From NCBI GenBank assembly GCA_963708945.1, contig CAVPUI010000011.1:87281-151280 (forward strand): DNA of 64,000 nt, written 5' to 3'. The notes below the pieces were generated by a model. It searched no databases. It was given only the letters and a program-made list of their open reading frames with translations, and was not told the DNA's origin. This document shows, piece after piece, positions 29,358 through 39,103 of this stretch. The number at the start of each line of letters is the position of its first letter. Position 1 is the first letter of the stretch. A program made the translations under genes and the position numbers. This stretch comes from an uncultured Actinomycetota bacterium (GTDB lineage Bacteria > Actinomycetota > Actinomycetes > Propionibacteriales > Nocardioidaceae).

Positions 29358-30668
29358 CGCAGGACTGGCGGCGCTGGGCGCCCGACCTGGCCGTGGGCCT
29401 GGTGGTGCTGCTGGCCGGGCTGATCGAGGTCATGGACGCCGACTCCTACGCTTCCCGAGGGGCCGCTGGCGCTGGTCGCGCTGGGCACGGCCGCCGCGGC
29501 CGGGCTGAGCCGGCACGCGCCCGGGGTGGCGCTGGGCGTGATCTGGGGGATCTGCGGCATCCAGCTGCTCGGCGGCATCGACCTGATGATCGTCCAGGTG
29601 GCGGTCGCGGTGGTCGCCTTCGGCACCGCCCGCTGGGGGTCGGTGCCGACGCTGTGGCTGAGCGCGCTCTCGATCCCGGCGGCCGGTCTGCTCGTCCTCG
29701 CGCTGCTCGCCGTCGACCAGCTCTCCGCGCTGGTGCGAGGGGCCGGCGTTGACGAGCGCTCGTCGAGCGCGTCTACTCCTACGGCGACACCTGGCAGCTG
29801 ACCGTCGCGCTGATCGGGATCGGGGTGCTGGCGTGCCCTGGCTCGCCGGTCTGGCGCTGCGCTTCATGTCCCGGGCCAGGCGCTCAGAGATCTCCCAGGT
29901 CGCCGCCGAGCAGGACGCGGCCCAGGCGCAGCGGCGAGTCCGAGGAGGCGCTCGAGATCGCCCGGCTCCAGGAGGAGCAGGCGCGGTTGGCCCGCGACGT
30001 GCACGACGTGGTCGGCCACTCGCTGGCGGTGATCCTGGCCCAGGCCGAGTCGGCGCAGTACCGCCAGGACTCGGACGCCGCGGCGCTCAAGGAGACCCTG
30101 GCCACGATCGCCACCTCGGCCCGCGGCTCGCTGCGCGACGTCCGCCAGGTGCTCTCCACCACGGCGACCGCGACCGCGGCGGCCGGGCCCGGCGGGCTGG
30201 ACAGCCTGGTGGAGGGCGTCCGGGGCAGCGGCCACCGGGTGGTCTCCACCGAGGAGGGCGCCCCGCGTCCGCTGCCGCCCGAGCTGGAGACCGTCGCCTA
30301 CCGGGTGCTCCAGGAGATGCTGACCAACGCGATCCGGCACGGCCGGCGCGACGGCGTGGTGCACGTGGAGCGGCACTGGGAGGGTGAGCTGCGGATCGAG
30401 GTGCGCAACGAGGTCGAGCCCACCGCCGGCGCCGGCGCGGAGCCGACCGGCGACGTGCCGACCATGCCGATCCGGGCGCTGGACGAGGAGCCGTTGACGG
30501 TCTGGCTGCCCGAGGAGCCGCGCCGCTCGGCTGGTCACGGACTGGAGGGGATGCGTCGCCGGCGTCGAGGCGGTCGGTGGGCGGCTCGACGTACGCCGTC
30601 GGCAGGAGGAGTCCGGCCCGACCTTCACCGTGACCGCGTGGATCCCGCTGCGGGCGGGCGAGTCGTGA
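29354..30668 (+). CDS. Membrane sensor histidine kinase, HisKA_3 type (frameshifted)
   Basis: TM N-terminus; RLARDVHDVVGHSL; YRVLQEMLTNAIRH; GHGLEGM. Confidence 0.85.
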
Positions 30669-31336
30669 GCACCGAGCAGATCCGGGTGCTCCTGGTCGAC
30701 GACCAGGAGCTCTTCCGCGCCGGCGTCGCGGTGATCGTCGACGCCCAGGAGGGCATGTGCGTGGTCGGCGAGGCCGGTGACGGGTTCGAGGCGGTGCGCC
30801 TGGCCGACGAGCTCGAGCCGGACGTGGTGCTGATGGACATCCGGATGCCGGAGATGGACGGCGTCGAGGCGACCCGGCAGCTCTTCTCCCCCGAGCGGGT
30901 GGCCCGGCGGACCAAGCCGCTGCGGGTGGTCGTGCTGACCACCTTCAACCTCGACGACCGGGCGGCCACGGCGATCCGGCACGGCGCCAGCGGGTTCCTG
31001 CTCAAGGACACCACCCCGGTGCTGCTGCGCGACGCGATCCGCACGGTGCACGCCGGCAACGCGGTGCTCGCGCCGCAGGACCTGTCCACCCTGCTCGACG
31101 GCCAGTTCCGGTCGGCCGCCCCCGCGCCGGCGGCGTACCTGGCGCTGACCGAGAAGGAGCGGGAGATCTTCGACGCGGTCGCGCGCGGGCTCTCCAACAC
31201 CGAGATCGCCGGGCAGGTCTTCACCAGCGAGTCGACGGTGAAGACCCACGTGGGCGCGATCCTGCGCAAGCTCGCGCTGCGCGACCGGGTGCAGATCGTG
31301 GTCTTCGCGCACGCGCACGGGCTGGTGGGCGGCTAG
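30665..31336 (+). CDS. NarL/LuxR-type response regulator
   Basis: VLLVDDQ, DVVLMDIRMP, LTTF, GLSNTEIA...TVKTHV. Confidence 0.93.
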   Translation: MSTEQIRVLLVDDQELFRAGVAVIVDAQEGMCVVGEAGDGFEAVRLADELEPDVVLMDIRMPEMDGVEATRQLFSPERVARRTKPLRVVVLTTFNLDDRAATAIRHGASGFLLKDTTPVLLRDAIRTVHAGNAVLAPQDLSTLLDGQFRSAAPAPAAYLALTEKEREIFDAVARGLSNTEIAGQVFTSESTVKTHVGAILRKLALRDRVQIVVFAHAHGLVGG

Positions 31337-31343
31337 CTCGCTC

Positions 31344-31667
31344 TCAGTCGTCCTCGCGGGCTGCCAGCGACTCCGCCTCGGCCGTCAGGGCGACGCGCTC
31401 CTCAGGCGTGAGAGAGGCAAGGTGGTCGCGGTAGTCCTGCACCCCCCGCCGGGCGGTCTCCATGAGCACGGGGTCGCGGCGCATGTCCTGCCACGGACGT
31501 CTCCCGGCCAGCACGTCACGGAGCAACCCGGCCAGGGGCGTCCCTTCGTGCTGCTGGGCCAGGGCGGCGAGGCTGCTGCGCAGGAGCGCGGCGGCTGGCG
31601 CGGAGCGGGTCATCTCCTCGAGCGGGTCCGGCCGGTCCGTCGCTCCGAGGACGGGTCCGTGAGTCAT
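31344..31667 (-). CDS. Hypothetical helical protein of a type seen next to actinobacterial toxin loci
   Basis: 107-aa ORF (AAALLRSSLAALA...LLRDVLAGRRPW); SD-like GAGG upstream; follows the Cys-rich gene. Confidence 0.55.
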   Translation of the reverse strand: MTHGPVLGATDRPDPLEEMTRSAPAAALLRSSLAALAQQHEGTPLAGLLRDVLAGRRPWQDMRRDPVLMETARRGVQDYRDHLASLTPEERVALTAEAESLAAREDD

Positions 31668-31674
31668 CGCGACC

Positions 31675-31935
31675 TCACTCGAACCCCGGAGGGACATGGC
31701 GCAGGCGCTCCTCGGTGCTGAGACCGTCGTGCGGGACCTCCTCGTCCGCCCAGGGCGCGCCTCGGGCGAGCCAGCTGGCGCGGTAGGCGCGGGTGCTCTC
31801 GGGGCTGTTGTCCTCGTACCCGGCCTCCACCTCGCACACAGGGCAGATCTCGAAGTTCGGGGTCTTGCCCGTGACGCCCCACGGCGGCTCGCCCCAGTCG
31901 TAGCCACAGACGCGGCAGTGGTTGTTGACAGTCAT
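31675..31935 (-). CDS. CxxC/CPxC Cys-rich immunity-like protein
   Basis: HCRVCG...PPWG...ICPVCEVEAGYED...W...GAPW; SD AGGA upstream. Confidence 0.7.
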   Translation of the reverse strand: MTVNNHCRVCGYDWGEPPWGVTGKTPNFEICPVCEVEAGYEDNSPESTRAYRASWLARGAPWADEEVPHDGLSTEERLRHVPPGFE

Positions 31936-31943
31936 GTCGAGTC

Positions 31944-32048
31944 CTATTGCGAGAGGAAGTAATCCCAGTTGGTGGGGAACTTGTGCTGGGCGGGGTTGGG
32001 CTTGTACATCGTCTGCATCACCCCGTCCCTGGTCATGACACCGAAGGT
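31944..32048 (-). pseudogene. Remnant C-terminus of a polymorphic toxin
   Basis: Translates TFGVMTRDGVMQTMYKPNPAQHKFPTNWDYFLSQ*, ending 8 nt before the immunity-like ATG; locally lower GC; no N-terminal body upstream. Confidence 0.6.
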
Positions 32049-32114
32049 GGCAGGACTAAACCCGGAATACCCAGTCCGGTAGTGCGGCACTGGCTTGACC
32101 GACGTGCTGCAACC

Positions 32115-32136
32115 GTGACAGCAGTTCTGTCACAAT
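32115..32136 (+). promoter_or_regulatory. Palindromic operator overlapping a -10 (CACAAT)
   Basis: GTGACAG-CAGTT-CTGTCAC-AAT; near-identical to the site at 51834..51858. Confidence 0.7.
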
Positions 32137-32143
32137 GCGGCGC

Positions 32144-33297
32144 ATGACATACGAGCTCGGTCAGGGAACGGGTCCGCTCAAGGGCGTCAAGGTGGTCGAG
32201 ATCGCCGGGATCGGGCCGGGGCCGCACGCCTGCACCCTCCTGGCCGACCTGGGCGCCGACGTGATCCGGGTCGAGCGTCCCGGCGGCAACCCGCTCGGCG
32301 GCGGCGCGCACGACCTGCTCACCCGGGGGCGGCCCAGCGTCGCGCTCGACCTGAAGAAGCCCGAGGCGGTCGCCGCCGTGCTCGACCTGGTCGCCGGCGC
32401 CGACGTGCTGGTCGAGGGGATGCGACCCGGGCGTCACCGAGCGGCTCGGCCTCGGCCCCGAGGACTGCTGGGCGCGCAACCCCGCGCTGGTCTACGGCCG
32501 GATGACCGGGTGGGGCCAGGACGGGCCGCTGGCCGAGGTCGCGGGCCACGACATGAACTACGTCGCCGCCGCCGGCGTCCTGCACGGCCTCGGCCAGGAC
32601 CCGGCGCGGCCGCACTTCCCGACCAACCTGCTCGGCGACTTCGGCGGCGGCTCGGCCTACCTGGTGATCGGGGTGCTGGCCGCGCTGCTCGAGGCGAAGG
32701 TCTCCGGGCAGGGGCAGGTGGTGGACGCCGCGATCGTCGACGGCACCGCCCACCTCAACCTGATGGGTGCGAGCCTGCAGGCGATGGGCGTGCTCGACGA
32801 CCGGCGGGCCGCCTCGATGCTCGACGGTGGTGTCCCGTACTACGACGTCTACGAGACCTCCGACGGCAAGCACCTCTCGGTCGGCGCGCTGGAGCCCCAG
32901 TTCTACGCCGAGCTCCTGCGCCTGCTCGACCTGGAGGACCTGCCCGACCGCAACGACCCGGCCAACCTGGCGGCCATCCGCGAGGCGTTCACCGCGCGCT
33001 TCGCCGAGCGCACCCAGGCCGAGTGGGCCGAGCTCTTCGACGGCACCGACGCCTGCGTCTTCCCGATCGTGCCGATGCGCGGAGGCCGCCAGGCACCCGC
33101 ACCTGGCCGCTCGGGGCACGTACGTCGAGCCCGACGGCGTGCTCCAGCCCGCACCCGCGCCGCGGTTCTCGCGGACCGAGGCGACGCTGCGGCGCTCGCC
33201 CGAGGCCGTCGGTGCCAGCACCCGCGACGCGCTGACCGCCTGGGGCGTCGCGGACGTGGAGAAGCTGATCGAGTCCGGGGCCGCCGTCCAGAGCTGA
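32144..33297 (+). CDS. CaiB/BaiF CoA-transferase (alpha-methylacyl-CoA racemase-like; frameshifted)
   Basis: GPLKGVKVVEIAGIGPGP, LADLGADV, GHDMNY, GDFGGG, GALEPQFY, PAPAPRFSRT. Confidence 0.9.
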
Positions 33298-33333
33298 GCG
33301 CCGCGGGGACGCTGTCCCTAGGCTGGGGGAACC

Positions 33334-35084
33334 ATGCTGATCCGGCTCCTGCGCGAGCACCTCGCGCCGTACCGCTCCTGGCTGCGCGGCGGTCGTCGCC
33401 TTCCAGGCCGTCGGCGTGCTCGCGCGCGCTCTTCCTGCCCAGCCTGAACGCCGACATCATCGACAACGGCGTGACCACCGGCGACACCGGCTACATCGTG
33501 CGCGTCGGCGGCGGTGATGCTCGGCGGTCTCGCTGCTCCAGGTGCGTCGGCTCGGTCGGCGCCGCCTGGTTCGGCGCGCGGACCGCGATGAGCCTGGGCC
33601 GCGACCTGCGCGGCGCGCTCTTCCCCGGGTCGGCACCTTCTCCGCCCGCGAGGTGCGGCGCCTTCGGCGCGCCCTCGCTGATCACCCGCACCACCAACGA
33701 CGTGCAGCAGGTGCAGATGCTGGTGGCGATGGCCTGCATCATCGCCGTCACCTCGCCGCTGATGATGGTCGGCGGGGTGGTGATGGCGCTGCGCGAGGAC
33801 GCGGGCCTCGGGTGGCTGCTGGCCGTGGTGGTGCCGGCGCTCTTCGTCTGCGTCGGCCTGGTGGTCAGCCGGATGGTGCCCAACTTCCGGCGGATGCAGA
33901 TCCGGATCGACGCGGTCAACCGGATCCTGCGCGAGCAGATCGCCGGCATCCGGGTGGTCCGGGCGTTCGTCCGCGAGCCCTACGAGACCGCCCGCTTCGG
34001 CCGGGCCAACGACGAGCTCACCGACTCGGCGCTGCGCGCCGGGCGGTGGATGGCCGCGCTCTTCCCGCTGGTGATCTGGGTGGTCAACCTGGGCAGCGTC
34101 GCGGTCATCTGGTTCGGCGGCCACCGGGTCGCCGACGGGGAGGCCGGCGTCGGGTCGCTGACCGCCTTCCTGGCCTACCTGATGCTGATCCTGATGAGCG
34201 TGATGATGGCGACCTTCATGCTGATGCAGGTGCCGCGCGCCGCGGTCTGCGCCGAGCGGATCGCCGAGGTGCTCGACACCCGCACCTCGCTGGGCGCCCC
34301 CGAGCACGCCCGAGCCGCTGGACCCCGACCGCCGCGGCTGGGTCGACCTGGAGCAGGTGGGCTTCGCCTACCCCGGCGCCGAGGTCCCGGTCGCTGCACG
34401 ACGTCTCCTTCTCCGCGCGTCCCGGGCAGACGGTGGCCGTGGTCGGCTCCACCGGCTCCGGCAAGACCACCCTGGTCAACCTGGTCGCGCGGCTGCTCGA
34501 CGTCACCGCCGGCGAGGTGCGGGTGGCCGGGCACGACGTACGCCGGGTGGCCCCCGAGGAGCTCTGGTCGCAGCTGGGGCTGGTGCCCCAGCGGGCCTGG
34601 CTGTTCAGCGGGACGGTGCGCAGCAACCTGCTGCACGGGCGGCCCGAGGCCGGCGAGGAGGAGCTGTGGGCGGCGCTGGAGATCGCCCAGGCGCGCGACT
34701 TCGTCGAGGCGCTGCCCGAGGGGCTGGACACCGCGGTCTCCCAGGGCGGCACGAACTTCTCCGGCGGCCAGCGGCAGCGGCTCGCGATCGCCCGCGCGCT
34801 GGTCCGCCGGCCCAGCCTCTACCTGTTCGACGACGCCTTCTCCGCGCTGGACGTGGCCACCGACGCCCGGCTGCGCGCCGCACTGCGCCCCGCCACCCGG
34901 GACGCCACCGTGCTGGTGGTCGCCCAGCGGGTCTCCACGATCCTGGAGGCCGACCTGATCGTCGTCCTCGAGGACGGCCGGGTGGTCGGCCGCGGCACCC
35001 ACGCCGAGCTGCTGGCCGACTGCGAGCCCTACCAGGAGATCGTCGCCTCCCAGCTCGGCACCGAGCGAGGAGGCGCCGGCATGA
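33334..35084 (+). CDS. ABC exporter, fused permease/ATPase subunit A (frameshifted)
   Basis: SLITRTTNDVQQVQ, GSTGSGKT, FSGGQRQR, YLFDD. Confidence 0.88.
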
Positions 35085-36998
35085 GCGGGCCTGCAAGGAG
35101 ACCGAGCGGGTCGCCGCCCCCGGGCCCCGGCACGGCGCGCGGACCCGGCGGCGGTGGTCGGCGAGAAGGCGCAGGACTTCCGGCCACTCCGCGCGCCGGC
35201 TGGTCGGCCTGCTGCGCCCCGACCGGGTGACCTCGGTGCTGGTGGTGGTCTTCGCGGTGGTCTCGGTCGCGCTGACCGCGGCCGGCCCCTACGTCCTGGG
35301 CCGGGCCACCGACCTGGTCTTCACCGGCGCGGTGGGCGGCACGTTCGCCCCCGGCACGCCGGACTCCCAGCTGCCCGAGGCGATCCGTGGCCAGGGCGTG
35401 GTCCCCGGCGCCGGGCGTCGACTTCTCCGCCGTCGGCCGGGTGCTGCTGGCTGGTGGTGGCCATCTACGCAGCCGCCTCCCTGCTCGCCTGGCTCCAGGG
35501 CTACCTGGTCAACGACGTGGTGCAGGGCACCGTGCGCCGGATGCGCGGCGAGGTGGAGCGCAAGATCAACCGGCTGCCGCTGGCCGCGGTCGACCGGTCC
35601 TCGCGCGGCGAGCTGCTGAGCCGGGTCACCAACGACATCGACAACGTCAGCCAGAGCCTCCAGCAGACGATGAGCCAGCTGCTCACCTCGCTGCTCACCC
35701 TGGTCGCGGTGCTGGGGATGATGCTGTGGATCTCGCCCACCCTGGCGCTGGTCTCCCTGGTCTCGGTGCCGATCTCGCTGCTGGTGGCGCGGACGATCAT
35801 GAAGCGCTCCCAGGGCCGGTTCAAGGCGCAGTGGCGGCGTACCGGCGCGCTGAACTCCCAGGTGGAGGAGGCGTTCTCCGGGCACGCCCTGGTCAAGGTC
35901 TTCGGCCGCCAGGAGGAGGTGGAGCGCACCTTCGCCGAGGAGAACGAGCAGCTCTTCCGGGCCAGCTTCGGCGCGCAGTTCGTCAGCGGCCTGATCATGC
36001 CCGCGCTGATGTTCGTCGGGAACCTGGGCTACGTGGTGATCGCGGTGGTCGGCGGGCTCCGGGTCGCCAGCGGCACGCTCAGCCTCGGCGACGTGCAGGC
36101 GTTCATCCAGTACGCACGGCAGTTCAACCAGCCGCTGAGCCAGGTCGCCTCGATGGCCAACCTGCTCCAGTCCGGCGTCGCCTCGGCCGAGCGCGTCTTC
36201 GAGCTGCTCGACGCCGAGGAGGAGCCGCCCGACCCGCCGGAGACCGGGGCCCGGGTGACCCGCGGCGAGGTCGTCTTCGACGACGTGTCGTTCTCCTACG
36301 ACCCCGAGCGCCCGCTGATCAGCCACCTCTCGCTGGTCGCCCGGCCCGGCCAGACGGTGGCGATCGTCGGGCCGACCGGCGCCGGCAAGACCACCCTGGT
36401 CAACCTGGTGATGCGCTTCTACGACCTCGACGGCGGCCGGATCACCGTCGACGGCCACGACATCGCCGCCCTGCCGCGCGCGGAGCTGCGTCGCCGGATC
36501 GGGATGGTGCTCCAGGACGCCTGGCTCTTCGGCGGCACGATCCGCGACAACATCGCCTACGGTCGCCCCGACGCGACCGAGGAGGAGGTGCTGGCCGCGG
36601 CCCGGGCGACGTTCGTGGACCGGTTCGTCCACTCGCTGCCCGAGGGCTACGACACGGTGCTCACCGAGGACGGGGCCAACCTCTCGGCCGGGGAGCGGCA
36701 GCTGATCACCATCGCCCGGGCGTTCCTGATCGACCCGGCGCTGCTGATCCTGGACGAGGCGACCTCCTCGGTCGACACCCGCACCGAGCTGCTGCTCCAG
36801 CACGCGATGGCGGCGCTGCGCACCGACCGGACCTCGTTCGTGATCGCGCACCGGCTCTCCACCATCCGCGACGCCGACCTGATCCTGGTGATGGAGGACG
36901 GGGCGATCGTCGAGCAGGGCACCCACGAGGAGCTGCTGGCCGCCGAGGGCGCCTACGCCCGGCTCTACCGGTCGCAGTTCGCGGCGGCTGCCACCTGA
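35081..36998 (+). CDS. ABC exporter, fused permease/ATPase subunit B (frameshifted 5' part)
   Basis: [39 protein letters not shown]. Confidence 0.9.
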
Positions 36999-37009
36999 GA
37001 GGGTGAGGC

Positions 37010-37540
37010 ATGCCTGACTTCGCCTCGATCTTCGTGCCCACGGCGCCGATCCTCGAGCTGGTGCTGCGCGGCACGGTGACCTTCCTGGCCCTGATGCTGC
37101 TGATGCGCCTGGTCGGCCAGCGGGAGTCCGGAGGGCTCGGTCTCACCGACCTGCTGCTCGTCGTCCTCGTGGTCGACGCCTCCAGCGCGGGGCTGACCGG
37201 GGAGGCCAGCTCGATCGGCGACGGCCTGGTCCTGGTGGTCACGCTGCTGTGCTGGAGCGTCGCGCTGGACGCGGTGGGCTACCGGTGGCCGCGGGTGGGT
37301 CGGGTGCTGAAGGCGAGGCCGAAGCCGCTGATCCGAGACGGCGAGCTCGACCGGCGGGTGATGCGCCGCGAGTTCATGACCTACGACGAGGTGATGTCCC
37401 AGCTGCGGCTGCACGGGATCGAGGACGTCGCCCGGGTCAGACGCGCCTACCTGGAGCCCAACGGCATGGTCAGCGTGCTGCTGGCCGAGGCGTCGGCCGG
37501 TGACAACGCCGAGGACGCCCTGCGACCTCCTGCCCTCTGA
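37010..37540 (+). CDS. DUF421/YetF family membrane protein
   Basis: Three TM segments; PKPLIRDG...LRLHG...AYLEPNG. Confidence 0.8.
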   Translation: MPDFASIFVPTAPILELVLRGTVTFLALMLLMRLVGQRESGGLGLTDLLLVVLVVDASSAGLTGEASSIGDGLVLVVTLLCWSVALDAVGYRWPRVGRVLKARPKPLIRDGELDRRVMRREFMTYDEVMSQLRLHGIEDVARVRRAYLEPNGMVSVLLAEASAGDNAEDALRPPAL

Positions 37541-37603
37541 GGCCTGCTGTCCGAGGCGATCGGGGGACTCCCGCCGGGTCGATACCCACGGTATGTTCCG
37601 CAG

Positions 37604-39088
37604 ATGAGCAGCCACGTCGACGTCCTGATCATCGGTGCCGGCCTGTCGGGCGTCGGAGCGGCCAGCCAGCTCAGCCGGGAGCTGCCCGGGAAGAGCTACG
37701 CGGTGCTCGAGCGGCGCCCCCGGATGGGCGGCACCTGGGACCTGTTCCGCTACCCCGGCGTCCGGTCGGACTCCGACATGTTCACCCTCGGCTACCGGTT
37801 CAAGCCGTGGCGCGGGGAGAAGGCGCTGGCCGACGGCGCCTCGATCCTGGACTACGTCAAGGAGACCGCCGCCGAGCACGGGGTCGACCGGCACGTGCGA
37901 CTACGACCGCCGGTCGTCGCCGCCGACTGGGACTCCGACGCCGACTCTGGACGGTCACCGCGGAGACCACGCCACGAGGACGTCGGCGGCGGGTCGATCA
38001 CCGCGCACGAGACGTGGACCTGCTCCTTCCTGTGGGCGTGCAGCGGCTACTACGACTACGACCGCGGCTACCTGCCCGAGCTGCCCGGACTGGCCGACTT
38101 CGGCGGCACCGTGGTGCACCCCCAGCACTGGCCCGACGGCCTGGACTACGCCGGCAAGCGGGTGGTGGTGATCGGCTCCGGCGCGACCGCGGTGACCCTG
38201 GTGCCGGCGATGGCGCTGCCGGGAGTCGAGGAGGGCGGCGCGGCGCACGTGACCATGCTGCAGCGCTCCCCGACGTACGTGCTGCCGGTGCCGGGCGTGG
38301 ACAAGATCGGCCGGGCGGTCAAGCGGGTGCTGCCGGAGAAGGCGTCGTACGTCGTGACCCGGTGGAAGAACGTCGCCCAGGCGACGCTGCTCTTCCAGGC
38401 CTCGCAGAAGTGGCCCGGCCCGGTGCGCCGGATGATCCGCAAGCTCAACGCCAAGATGCTGCCCGAGGGCTACCCGGTCGACGTGCACTTCAAGCCGACC
38501 TACGGCCCGTGGGACCAGCGGATGTGCCTGGTGCCCGACGGCGACCTGTTCACCGCGATCCGCCGCGGCGACGCGGCGGTGGCGACCGGCACGATCGAGA
38601 CCTTCGACGAGACCGGCATCCGGCTGACCGACGGCACGCACCTGGACGCCGACCTGGTGGTCACCGCGACCGGCCTCAACCTGCTCGCGTTCGGCGGGAT
38701 GGAGCTGAGCGTCGACGGCAAGCCCGTCGACATCACGCAGACGATGGCCTACAAGGCGATGATGCTCTCCGGCGTGCCGAACTTCGCCTACACGATCGGC
38801 TACACCAACGCGTCCTGGACGCTCAAGGCCGACCTGGTCGCCGAGTACGTGTGCCGGCTGCTGGCGCACCTGGACGAGACGGGTGCCCGCTCCGCCGTGC
38901 CGGTCCGCGACCCCGAGGTGGGCGAGGAGCCGTTCATGGACTTCGGCGCCGGCTACGTGCTGCGCGCGCTCGACCGGCTGCCCAAGCAGGGGTCGGTCGA
39001 GCCGTGGAAGCTGCGGCAGAACTACGTGCACGACGTGCGCACGATCCGGCGGGGTGCGATCGACGACGGGGTGCTCGCGTTCCGGTGA
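37604..39088 (+). CDS. FAD-dependent Baeyer-Villiger monooxygenase (EthA-like)
   Basis: IIGAGLSG, GGTWDLFRYPGVRSDSD, FGGTVVHPQHWP, GSGATA, ATG. Confidence 0.92.
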   Translation: MSSHVDVLIIGAGLSGVGAASQLSRELPGKSYAVLERRPRMGGTWDLFRYPGVRSDSDMFTLGYRFKPWRGEKALADGASILDYVKETAAEHGVDRHVRLRPPVVAADWDSDADSGRSPRRPRHEDVGGGSITAHETWTCSFLWACSGYYDYDRGYLPELPGLADFGGTVVHPQHWPDGLDYAGKRVVVIGSGATAVTLVPAMALPGVEEGGAAHVTMLQRSPTYVLPVPGVDKIGRAVKRVLPEKASYVVTRWKNVAQATLLFQASQKWPGPVRRMIRKLNAKMLPEGYPVDVHFKPTYGPWDQRMCLVPDGDLFTAIRRGDAAVATGTIETFDETGIRLTDGTHLDADLVVTATGLNLLAFGGMELSVDGKPVDITQTMAYKAMMLSGVPNFAYTIGYTNASWTLKADLVAEYVCRLLAHLDETGARSAVPVRDPEVGEEPFMDFGAGYVLRALDRLPKQGSVEPWKLRQNYVHDVRTIRRGAIDDGVLAFR

Positions 39089-39103
39089 GGCGCGCCGAGA
39101 CGG

